From Octopus vulgaris (Eukaryota), in assembly GCA_951406725.2 (NCBI GenBank), contig OX597824.1, positions 66,526,001 to 66,590,000 on the forward strand: a stretch of DNA of 64,000 nt, written 5' to 3'. Position numbers and translations under genes: made by a program. This document shows positions 11,369 through 23,543 of this stretch, piece after piece. Within the stretch, counting starts at the first letter, position 1; each line of letters opens with the position of its first letter. The notes under the pieces are model-generated. The model had not been told where the DNA came from and searched no databases. It saw only the letters and a list, made by a program, of their open reading frames with translations.

Positions 11369-14079
11369 GTAAGTTTTGTTTTGTGGCTATTGATGATCTA
11401 TCTTCATTTGCTCTTTTCACATAGTACATGTATGCAGCAGGAGCAAGTTTTTGTTATTATTTGTTCATGCATTGAGAAATAATCTTTCTGTGTATACATG
11501 CACATGCTGTTACATGGTGCATATGTACGCAGTTCTTTATGCACATTTGTTAATTGTTACATGTGCGTGTGCATACGTAGTTATTATATATTTTTAGTAT
11601 GTATACGTGTATTTTGTCCTTACTTTTTGTATGTATACGTGTATTTTTACGTGTACATATGTATACCTTATTTTTTTGTTTAGCCCTAGGTTAGATTTTG
11701 TCTTCCAGACCTATGATAAAAGCTATTTAGCCATAACATTCCTTTTTTTTCTTTATTTTTAAAACTACTTTTACGCAATAGGTCCGTCCCCGCTTAATTT
11801 TTAAGACGGTAGATTTGCGGGATATTTGGCTGCTATTTTTAGCGATCAAGCGACTATGTAGAGGCTTCTATCTTGCCCTTACATGTAGTTGTTACATGTA
11901 TGCCTGCGTAGACGTTACCTTGTGTGTGTGTGTAAGTTTCTACATGTGTCTGCATATTACATAACAAAATTATTTTCATGTATCTGCATGTGTCTGCATA
12001 TTACATAACAAAAAATGGAGTTGAATGTAACCCATTGTATCTTGTTACGGTCATCGATCATTTTTCACTTAGTCTCTGAATTATGTGTGAAAACTTGCTC
12101 AACAACCTGCCTATTTTTCATGCATTCCCGTCAATTTGTATTTACATGTAGGCGTAGTGTTTTTCAACTAGATGTGGAATGAAACCACTTACAATGTTAC
12201 AGAAAATGTTTACTCACAGTGTTTTGTTTAGGTAACTTATTTCATTTAGTTAAATGCTCAAGGTACTGTTCACACAATATATACATTTCACTAGAACAAT
12301 TCATGTTGACAATTACATAAAATATTATTTTTACCGCTTTACCCTACATAAAACGACAGTTCTTTTGTATAAACTGACTTTACTGTATTTATAAAAGAGA
12401 AAAAGTCATGCAGTTATTGAATTTAGTTGCCCTTTTTTATTGGTTGCCTAAAATCATCCCAATACCATTTTTTTACTGTAATTTTACAAGGTAAGCATGG
12501 TACTTAAGGTGGAAGATTTGCGGTAAATTATATATTGCAAGGTTCTGTATTACTTGGAAGTTTTTTTGTTCACTTGAATTTGTTTTTCCAAACCTTTTCC
12601 TTTTTAAAACCTGTCTAGGATTTTTCGGGTTTAAATACCACAGACAATCTTACTCAAAACGATGGCACTCACTTCTCACGACATACGAACTTATTTTACG
12701 AGTAATAAATTTTATGTAAAAGCAATAAAAGGTTAATAACACTAACCTTCTTTGCCCTTCAGTTATTTTCAACATTTTTGTTGTGTTTATGTAAGTACAA
12801 TGCCTTAGATTTGTAAGTCCACTCAATCAGAAAGCATCACTTGAGTACTTTATCTTCCTGCCATGTATCCAGGAGTAGTTTCCTTATCAGTACCCTTATT
12901 TTACAAGAAACATTCATACGATGTTTTGAGATCATCTATGTAAGTTAGTGAAACATATAAATTAAACAGTTACTTTTTTTTTTTATTATAGTGGACTATA
13001 TCATCCATTAGTATCATATATTTAAAATTGGAAGAGTGGGCTATGTGAGAACTGTCTTTTCTTTTTCCAATCATTGGCGACAAAATAAAAACTATTGACC
13101 ATTTCATTGATGATCCAGTACCTCATCAATCTGTCGAACTCTGTGTCTTGAAATTTATAACAAATGTAAAAGCTGATTATCTGACATACATTTTTTTCTT
13201 TTCTCAGCGACATTAGGCTACTATTACATGGGTACCACTTTTGAATTACTGATATTGAAGGTACAATCCAAAGTACCATATCAGTATCTGACACCCAAAT
13301 GATTTCTTAAAAAAAGAAAATCGTTAATCAGTTACAGTGAATTATACTAGTAAATGCATATTGTCTACCTTATATAAGATGTATATTTTAGATCAAGCTA
13401 ATTATACTTCCAGAATTTCAGTGCTTCCTCAATAATGATCCTTTAACCTTCATGTTTGTGCAAATTCTGCATCAAAACAAAATAATCAGGAAAAATGAAT
13501 TTCCTTTCCTTTCTGAAGCATTTATACACAACCAGTAAATGTTGATCGGTTACCTGTGAAAAGGGGGAAAAAAACCCCCCACAACTAGAATGGACACAGT
13601 AAATACTTTCACCTGACTGCCTTCAAATAATTAACATGGGGCAAAATCTTACATTTATGAAAACTAGAAAATCAGGTGGCAAGTGATGTAAGACAGAAAT
13701 AAGCTATCTGGGATCTGGATCTGTAATATAGCTTGAAATTTCTTGAATTCAAGTTTTCTCCTTGTGTACAATAGGACAGGAATTATCACCATTAGTAGCT
13801 TACTTATCTTACTACCTTTAGAAATGGATTGAGCCCCAGATGGTTTTGAATGTAGGTAGTAGACATGCTGATAGAAAAACAGATGGACAGAGAGCTGCTC
13901 AGATATAGAGGTGCAAGTTGGAAAATAAACATACTTGTGCATATAGAGTGCATGCATATGGATGTCATGTATATGCATATTGTTATTTTCCACATTCCTG
14001 TTTTGAGCCAGACCCACTGAAGAACTATTTTCTTATGTCACATGTGTTGAAGTTTGGCAACAGCAATGTTTTTAGCTTA

Positions 14080-14607
14080 GATACCTGCAAAGCCTTCATC
14101 CATGTTGTAGATTTCCTATCAAAGCTTTCTGACTATAGGCTCCACTCATCTCATCTTATAGATATGTAGCTTCCAACCAGATCACACGATTGCAGAATAT
14201 GTTGATAGAGCTCTTTCTGTCCCACATTCAGTCAACTCTGCACTGATTCCATGAACAGTGATCTTGCGAATGTCCTAGTACAACCATGCCAATCTTGTTG
14301 CTTTTAGTGTCAAAAAAAGTTCAAGCACTACTTGTATCAAGAAAATACTGTTGCATTGGCCTACTCCAAACATAAGTGGCACTCTACTAGAGCCTTCACG
14401 GTTGCACCAAATAACACATTCTAAACATACCTAAGACTGGCCCTTCTCTTCCAGGCCATAAAATATTTCAGCCCCCAACAATTGCCTACTCTCTACAAAG
14501 CTTGAATGAGGCTCACAAAGGAATATTGCTCCCACATCTGGGATATTGCTAAGCACTCAGGCATCCTAGTCTGCCTTCAAAGAAAGACCATTTGACTGAT
14601 TGGCATT
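14080..14607 (+). mobile_element. Decayed CR1/Jockey-group LINE fragment
   Basis: Reads ...KYFSPQQLPTLYKA*MRLTKEYCSHIW..., the typical post-RT LYKAxxRPxLEYCSxxW motif. Confidence 0.6.
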
Positions 14608-16475
14608 ACAGGAATCCCTCGACTATCATGGGTGTTACGTTCCAAAACCCCTTGTGATAAGTGAAAATCCACAAAGTAGAAACAGTACTGTATATTTTTT
14701 ATTATTATTTTTATAACTTGTATATATTTATTATATTATAAATGCAAAACAACACCACAGAGGAATTGATGTAAGCTTAATAAACTGCTTTAGGTGTACC
14801 ACGATGTGGTGAGGGATTACTGCAACTCATTCACAGACATTCCAGTCCCTGACCATCTCTTTTTCCTTGTCTTTTCTATTGTTATTTTAATGACCTGCTT
14901 CTTGGTATTGGCTGGTCTAGTATCTCTTATACTCAGGAATTCCCAACACACTTGTCTCATCAGTTCTCATTAACCTTTGTGTCCAAGATCCCGCAGGTCC
15001 TACACTAACCAGTATGTTTAGTCCTTCCACCTCAAAACACCATCTTTCTGGAACATTCTGCTCATGCCTTTCACCTTTCCTGAATGTGACCAAATGTTTA
15101 TTTTTCAACATAGCTCCCCTTGTAGTTCACACACTTCTTCCATCAGTGTTGCAGTCCTTGAGTCCCATGGGTGAAGAAGTTTACATTCTGTTGGTCAGAA
15201 CTGCAACAGTTTAAACAAAACATTAATGGCATCAAACTCATGACCATTGTATGAAGGTCTGGAGGAAGGCAGTCTTCTAGTCTTAATAAGTTTGGAAAAA
15301 AGTGGGAGAGAAAGCATGCAGGTTAGCAGCTTTATGGGTGCACTTGAATGTGAAAATATTGGAGCTAACAGGTTAATTTCAACTAAGTGTTTGTATAGGC
15401 ACGAATGTGCATATTGTTAATTCACAAGTTGTTTATAAATCAGTGACCTCCAACTGACCAGAAAAATCTCCTCCCTACCTTACATTGATTAATAATCCCC
15501 CTCTTCCTTTCTTACTATTTTTACCTCCAACTTCACAAAGATTTTCTTTTCTTTTCCCCACCACTTTCTTCTCATGTATTTGGGAAAACATTTTTCTGTT
15601 AATATTGGGTTAAAGTTTGAATACAGAAGTAAAGAAGACCTACTTCTGCTTTTACTCACTATATTTCTGCTTATATTGTATTGGCTTTTGAACAATTTTA
15701 ATTTTCTTTTCAATTCCCAACTGTGTGGTCTTAAATTCAGTCTTACTGCATGGCACTTTGGGCAAATGTTTTCTATTATGGCCCTATTTTTCTATTATTA
15801 CACAAGATTCAATGCTCTATATCAAAGGCTTACAGTGGATTGCTTACCAACCTGAACTGTTAATCACTCACAGTTCTTTATAACAATAAGACAGCCCACC
15901 TTCTGTCTCCCTGTTTTAGAATCAATGTCTCCTATCTTCTCCCATTTTGAGAATTGAACTCCTCTTAGAGTTTTAATATCTCTTACATTTAGTGTTCAGT
16001 TCCAGTGTTTCCTTTCTTTTCTGTCTTCTGGTGCTAGAACAAGTAGTTTCAAATTATTTGGGTGTTGGTACCTCAAACGTGTTGTACAATACTTCAATGG
16101 GGATCTCATCCTCGTCGCCACTTTTCTATCCTTGTATGTTGGATATATAATGTAACTAAGCAGGGGGGAAATAAAGTATTTACATGACGCTCTACTATTA
16201 ATATTACATGAGACTCAACACTCTATATCAAAGGCTCACATTGAACTGCTTACTAACCTGAACTGCCAATCACTCACAGTTCTTTACTTTATAACAAAGA
16301 GACAGTCTGCCTTCAGTCATTTATATGTGGGGGTGGTCAGAATCTCTCCACTACAGTTTTGCTGTAAGATTGGCCATGAATGCTAGTTCTTTTTGTTATT
16401 TGACTTGTCAGCCTTGCATATTTTAGGGAAAGGGTATAGTAATATTGTTTGTAGTTCCTTTTCTCTGAGACATTA

Positions 16476-17477
16476 TACAAAGGTTGGCTGAAAAGTTCAT
16501 AGGCTGACCAAGGTACTCTCATAGAATGTGACCAAATGTTTATTTTTCAACATAGCTCCCCTTGTGGTTCACACACTTCTTCCATCAGTGTTGCAGTTCT
16601 TGAGTCCCATGAGCGAAGAAGTTTACATTCTGTTGGTCAAAAAAGTCATCAACAGCAGATATGACATCACCAGTGCAATACTGGTTTCCAGGCAAGTTTC
16701 TTCATGTTGGGGAACAGACGATAGATGGGGCCAAATCAGGAAAAAACTCATTGAAAGCCAGGACTTCTTCCTGATGAAAGAAGACCCTTTCCTTCCATTT
16801 TTCTTGGCGTTTGGTTTTGATAGCCTTTTGTAACTGCCTCAGTAAGTTGGCATAGTACTTTCCATTGGTGGTGTGGCCCTTTTAAAGATAGTCAATGAAT
16901 ACAGTGCCTTCTCCATCTCAAAAAACAGAGGCCATTTCCTTTCCTGCACATGAAATGACTCTAGATTTCTTTGGGGCAGGTGAAGAGAGGTGTTTCCACT
17001 GCATGGATTGTCTCTTTGTCTTTGGTTCAAAGTAATGAATTTAAGGCTTATCCTGAGTAAGGAAATGTTCAAGGAAACAGTTGGATCTGCATCAATGAAC
17101 TTTAGATATAGACCAATGTTTTTCTCAGTGATGGCAGTTGCATGACATCAGACTTTGGGTCATCTTCAACACTCTCCCTTCCTCCTCTAAATTTAGTTGC
17201 TCACTTTTGAACTGTTAATAAAGCTGGAGCATTGTCCCCTAATGTAGCTACCATGTCAGCATGAATGCCATTGGGGGCTAAACACACCATGAAGCCAAAT
17301 TTCGTTTCTTTTTAAGAAGTTGCTTTTGAAATCTTTTTTGAACAGCCAGGTGTCAGTTTACTTGGAAAGAAACAATGCAGTTATTAAGAAAAATGTAAAT
17401 TAATGCATGCAAGATTTCACAGTTCTAAGCATCACTCCTTCATTGTTAGCCTATGAATTTTTCAGCCCACCCATGTA
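16476..17477 (-). mobile_element. Mariner transposon relic with TIRs
   Basis: TIRs tacaaaggttggctgaaaagttcataggctgac / gttagcctatgaatttttcagcccacccatgta. Frameshifted transposase QSMQWKH...AGKEMASVF...GKYYANLL. Confidence 0.85.
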
Positions 17478-18650
17478 TAGTGGGTATAAGTAAATGTAGG
17501 TCAGCAGAGAATCAAAATCAGGTCATGACCTTGCTTTGACAGGAGCTTGCTCTTTGTGTGACAGACTAGTGCAATCATGAATAAAAAATATTAGAACCAC
17601 ATTTGTGAATAATAGTTCATGATTGCTGTTTACTGTAAACTATACTGTCACAGCAGTTGCATGTTTAGCCACCATATAACAACCACACATGATTTAATGG
17701 CAGAATATTACTACAGCATTATAAGCCAATTATAGTTTCTACAACTAAGGTTGCTCAAAATACACTCTCACCAAAACTGAAGAAAAAGAACATGTACAAG
17801 TGAGGATATAGCAGAGTTTGAATATCGTAGAGTATGTTGAGTACTTGCTGATGAAATTTAAATCAGTATAGATTGTTATAAGAAATATATATTTCATATA
17901 TACACATATATAGATCATCATCATACAATGTAAGCTCAAGAGGAACAATCAACTGACCAACATTTATATCAGCTACATATATATATATATATATATATTT
18001 ATATACATATACATAAATAGCTGATACAAATGTTGGTTAGTTGGTTTCTCCTCTTGTGCTTACATTGTATGGAGAGAAAGTGGAAGAGAGATACAGAGGA
18101 AGCTACCGTGAGTAGTGCAGAATAAGTACACATGCTAGGCTTGCTGGCAGGCAATGAATAAAGGAATGCTACACACACACAGGAGAGAAAGGGTCATTGA
18201 CCAGGAGTGTGTGTGTGTGTGAACTGTCATAATATAAAATCAGTATGGAGAGTAAATTTTTAATTTTTTTGAATACTGTTTTATTCAATTTTATTTGAAG
18301 ATAAATATTTTTCTTTCAAAAATAATTTTTTTTATCAAGAAATTTGCTGTTAAATTAAAATTGTATGCCACTTTATCTGATATTACCTATGGTGGCAGAA
18401 GTATACTTCTAAAGTTACGTGGTATGTGACAGGTAACATTCTAGTGTGTGTATATGTCTGTGTGTGTGTGTATATATATTGTATGTATGTGCATGTATAT
18501 ATGTGTGTGTGTGTATAACATTCTGAGTCCTGGAGTATGCTATAGCTTCTCTCTGCAGGTATGCATGATATGATACAAAATGGTGCTTAAATTGATATTT
18601 TTCAGTTATAATTACACCTTATAATTATGATATATTCTTTATATAAATGC

Positions 18651-18707
<57 letters not shown>

Positions 18708-19156
18708 TCCTTTTTGTATATGTAAGTGTATGCCATACTTTTATACTGTTATACCTCCTTATATCAGTACACACTTTAGGACTTTTCATAGTTGTTAAAA
18801 TTTTTTGTATACTTATATTTTTAAATAAGGCTATATTTATTGAATCATTCATCTTATTATTCTGCCTCTGATCCCTTACTTTCAATCAATAGGTAATGTG
18901 TACCTCTTTCCCAAATAAATTCCATATGTAAGATGAGCTCATTGTTTGAGTGGTTTTTGTAATGACCTCTTAACTCCTATAAGGACGAGATATTATGGAG
19001 CCTTTATATAAAAGTAATCTTTCCTTTTAGCACTTAAACTGGTCTATATGTTCCTTATCTTATCTGGTTCTGATATCATTACCAAAATTTTATTTTTATA
19101 CAACATAATAATACACAGATTTTGCTGTGTTCTTAATGTTTATCTAGATCTCATAA

Positions 19157-19195
<39 letters not shown>

Positions 19196-19345
19196 GTGTG
19201 TGTATATATGGCAGTCCTGGTTTACGACTAATGTTGCTGTAATTTAGCCCCAGGAGACATTGTCTCCAGCTGGCTATACGACACGATCTGTGTCCTTATA
19301 TTTTCAAACAAGGCAATGTAGCACCCCACTCAGCTCAAAACAATA

Positions 19346-19390
19346 TCTGTATATTGCGATTTCTGGGTTATTCCCCTTCATCAGCACAGA
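19346..19390 (-). ncRNA. Type I minimal hammerhead ribozyme motif
   Basis: UCUGUG-CUGAUGA-A-GGG(GAAUAA)CCC-A-GAA-AU(CGCA)AU-A^-UACAGA. Helix I is 6 bp and the core is intact. Confidence 0.7.
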
Positions 19391-19613
19391 ATAATTGCTT
19401 GGCTAGAAGTGGCTCATAACGTGAGATATTCAGTAACAGTACTTTGTAGTAAAGATTGTTTGCCGACATAACATGGCACTCCTGGTTTAGGACTAATGTT
19501 GCTGTAATTTAGCCCCAGTAGTTTTCTAATTTATAAATCAGTGACTAGTTGTCACCTTGAAAACTATATTTCGAACAGGAATTTGTCAGTACCACCTCTA
19601 GCGGAGCAATTAT

Positions 19614-19658
19614 TCTGTGCTGATGAAAGGAAATAACCCAGAAATCATGATATACAGA
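19614..19658 (+). ncRNA. Type I minimal hammerhead ribozyme motif, sense to the ALDH6A1 pre-mRNA
   Basis: UCUGUG-CUGAUGA-AAGG(AAAUAA)CCCA-GAA-AUCAUGAU-A^-UACAGA. Helix III is palindromic and helix II is weakened. Predicted cut after 19652. Confidence 0.7.
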
Positions 19659-20966
19659 TATTGTTTCAAGCTGAGTGGGGGTGCTAGACTCCCTTGCTCA
19701 AAAATATAAGGACATAGATCGTGTTGTATAGCCAGCTGGAGACGATGTCTCCTGGGGCTAAATTACATCAACATTAGTCCTAAACCAGGACTGCCATGTT
19801 ATGTTGGTAAACAATCTTTACTACATTATCCAAGTTGTTAAAGGTCAGCATCATTAATTCTTCTGCTTTTGTGTTTATTCTAAGCAATCTACCTTCTCCA
19901 TATTTGGTTTCCCTCCCAAGTATTATTCTATACTTCTAATTATCTTGTATATTATCTATGGCCATAGTTTGTCACAGACAAGTTCAATGTTTGGGATACT
20001 TTGCTGATGCTACAATGTCACTGTTTATTGGCTGATGTGAATTTTAAAGGGACAGATAGGCCAGTTGTTTAGCCCCATGTCAGCCCTGTTGAGCAAACTT
20101 ATGAACAAAGGCATTCAAAACCTGATATATCATTAAGGCATAGTATATCTAGGATTATACTCTGGCCTAGATGCACCAACTTCTTCAGATGTTTAAGTTG
20201 GATTTAAGGGAAATTTGGCTGCTATGTTTGGTGTCTACCCATCCTGTCATTGTTTAAGGCATAATGTATAAACAATATTTGCCTGGGTATGCTTTTTTTC
20301 GTTTTTTTTTTCAAGATCATGAGATTTGAGGGAGATTTAGCTGATCTTTCTAGTACCAGATCATCCTATAATTGCTTAAGGCATAGTTTACCTAGGACTA
20401 CAATGACTTTGATATATAGCTTTTTAAGATGGTAAGATGGGATTTGAAGTAAATTTGGCTTATATCTGATAGGCTAGTTACCATGAAGAAGCTTCCATGG
20501 GATAGGTTGATAGAGGAAGTAGGGAAGGAGGTATTGTTAGTTTCTCTTAACTTTTCACTCTTTTACTAACACATTTCTACTGCTGTGAGTGTGTGTGTGT
20601 GTATGCATGCATGTTTCATTTTCATTATTGTTTTCTTATTTTTCATTTTGTTATATCACTTGACCTTCAATTTCATTGGCTGTTCAATTGTACATATCTT
20701 ATAATTGAGTCTAAAATGCAGCATAACACTTGTTAACTTGCTGTTGAGATAGTAAAACAACTCTTGGGAGAACTAGATAACAGAAGGTCTTCAGAGAAGA
20801 AGTCCTCTTCATGCAAGTGTTTCAGCTGTTTTGGCCCTTAACTCCCTTACACTCTGGGGATGGGGAGTGGGCAGGCAACATCTAGGTCATGACCCCAGGA
20901 TACTTCCCTGCTGCCACTTTCTGTGCTTATTGATTTATATTTCTATGTTTTTTTTTTTACTTCCAG

Positions 20967-21023
20967 GGGTCTTTCTTGGGATCAGTGTCTCAGTTCCACA
21001 CCCAAACATGTCGCTATGCAGCT
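20967..21023 (+). CDS. ALDH6A1: ALDH6A1 exon 2 (GSFLGSVSQFHTQTCRYAA)
   Basis: Poly-T/ttccag acceptor and gtaagt donor, phase 0/0. Completes the presequence. Confidence 0.8.
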
Positions 21024-21347
21024 GTAAGTTTTTTTAATACATTTTATCATTTTGTTTTTAAAATCAACAATATCTACCAGAAAAATAATTTAGTACTTAT
21101 AATAAGAATAGATGTTTTATTGAAAAGTTTTTTTAATTTTTGTTTTATAGAAATAAGAAAAATATGAAGTACTCCCAATATGTAGTAGTGTCTTTATTCA
21201 TTGGTGTTGCTGCTCTGCCAGAGCATTGTCATGCTGTGGAGAGTGTGTGTGTACTACTGTAATGCTCTTTTCAAAGAATAAATGAATAATTTTATTTGCA
21301 AACAGCTAATGAGTCATTCCAGCACTATGATTGTTCAGGTAATATAC

Positions 21348-21389
<42 letters not shown>

Positions 21390-22788
21390 AAAGGCTTTTT
21401 CGTATGTCAAGCTTTAATTAATAGTTCAAACAAATTACATATGTAAAGTGTTTATTCATTAAAATAGATCCCATCATATTCTATTGTCTGTTCCCATCAT
21501 GCCAGACACACAGTTCCACACCTATACCATTTGGCTGATTTAGAGGCAAAAAGACTCCTTGCACTTGTTTTCAACCTCCTCCACAGAACCTCTGTACCAG
21601 AGGAAATGAGCCATGGCTTGGAAAAAGTGGTAATCTGATGATGCAAGGTCTGAACTGTAGGCAGGGTGAGGCAGCACTTCCAGCCTTACGAGTTCCTTAG
21701 GTTTCTGCTTGGTCAAATTGGCTGTGTGTGCCAGAGCATTGTCATGCTGTGGGGTGTGTGTGTGTGTGTTCAGTTGACCAATGCTGATTAGTGCACTTTC
21801 AAAACACTACAAGCATGACCATTTGGAACAAGCTCAAAGTACAACACTCTCTTGAAATTTCATCAAATATACAATATGTAATTGTGGAGCAGTTTGTCTC
21901 TTTTGCAGTCAGCAAACATTTTATGTTATGCATTATAAATAGCTAATAATTAATAAATATCTTGCTGTCCAGCAATAAATATTTCATTTAAATGTTCACA
22001 AGTGTACTTCAGTTATTATTGACATAGCAGATGAAATATATCTTCATTTACTTTACCAGCACCTCATTGCACTAAACAAACCCCATATTGCGATAATGTT
22101 AATCTTGTGTTGTAATGTGATCTAAATTAAAGCCTACCAAAATTTTATGTTAATCTATATTCCAATCCTCAGTGTAATACTACGTTATTCTTTTTAATTC
22201 TTCATTATACACATAAAGAATTGAAACAAAGGCCATGTATTTGAACCAAAATATAATAATAAAAGTTTTCACTAACCTTACAATGTGATACTGTGTCATC
22301 TTTTAACCAAATTCATTGAAATGCTTTTTTAATAAGATATATTAATGCTTTTATTACCATATTTCTGTTGAAATACACTGCATTGTTCCATTTAATCTTT
22401 AAAATTATGAAGAATTTAATAAGCTGTTATTAACTTGAAATTTTTGATGGATGTTTTTTTTTAAAACAGGAAGTGTGTATCATAGTACCAAAGGTAATCT
22501 CTGATGAGTTGGTATCGAAATGGTTAAAGAGTTCAATAACTGAAGTAATTCTTCCTATTTGGCCCAGTAAAAAAAAAAAAAACAATTCTTCCGTATTTAA
22601 AGAAATTCAGGTTAAAAAGAAGCAGTTTGAGTTGTTCATTTATTCAAGAATCACAACTTCTTAAATGTAATGGGACTACTAAATGCAACTTTTCCAATTA
22701 GTACTGTTCATTAATGTTCATCTGTTCAGTATTGTGTTGCAATGGGAGAGATAGAGGAATGAAATATGATTTTGTTGAATTTTTGCAG

Positions 22789-22863
22789 CCAACCACAAAA
22801 ATGTTCATTGATGGAGAATTTGTGGAGTCCAAGACAAACAAATGGATTGACTTGCATAATCCT
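22789..22863 (+). CDS. ALDH6A1: ALDH6A1 exon 3 (PTTKMFIDGEFVESKTNKWIDLHNP)
   Basis: ttgcag acceptor, gtaagt donor. Conserved MMSDH N-terminus. Confidence 0.96.
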
Positions 22864-23125
22864 GTAAGTACATTTATACATTTATATTTACACAACTACA
22901 TACACATGAATATACTGAAACACATATACAGACATGTGCACAACACACACATGCAATCAAATACAGTCAGATAATAAAAGAGAAATATATATTGTATATA
23001 GATAGATACACACAGAATACAAATGACAGATATCTGGCTTATACATGAGCAAATGAGGGAGCATCTGTGTAAGTGCTCACTCTGGTAAAAATAGCAGCTA
23101 AATTTCCTTCAATTCACATGCTATT

Positions 23126-23543
23126 TAGGCGCAGGAGTGGCTGTGTGGTAAGTAGCTTGTTTACCAACCACATGGTTCCGGGTTCAGTCCCACTGTGTGG
23201 CACCTTGGACAAGTGTCTTCTACTATAGCCTCGGGCCGACCAAAGCCTTGTGAGTGGATTTGGTAGACGGAAACTGAAAGAAGCCCATTGTAATATATGT
23301 ATGTGTATATATATATATATATATATGCATGTGTGTGTTTGTGTTTGTCCCCCTAGCATTGCTTGACAACCGATGCTGGTGTGTTTATGTCCCCGTTACT
23401 TAGCGGTTCGGCAAAAGAGACCGATAGAATAAGTACTAGGCTTACAAAAGAATACGTCCCGGGGTCGAGTTGCTTGATTAAAGGTAGTGCTCCAGCATGG
23501 CCGCAGTCAAATGACTGAAACAAGTAAAAAGTAAAGTAAAGTA
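23126..23543 (+). mobile_element. SINE family B, full length
   Basis: tRNA-like A/B boxes, core and (AGTAA)n tail. Confidence 0.85.

Larger units (their letters stand above)
19208..19825. mobile_element. Retrozyme-like ~265-bp hammerhead-bearing repeat: 1.17 tandem units (-) plus an inverted, permuted unit (+)
   Basis: 19208-19253 recurs at 19473-19518 (period 265). 19592-19825 is the reverse complement and runs across the unit junction. Confidence 0.7.

Noticed and set aside
22496-22532. CTGATGA...GAAA as a hammerhead
   Set aside because: Helices I and II do not pair convincingly. It is more likely the end of a MITE.
23126-23200. tRNA gene
   Set aside because: It is the tRNA-like head of a multi-copy SINE with no complete cloverleaf.
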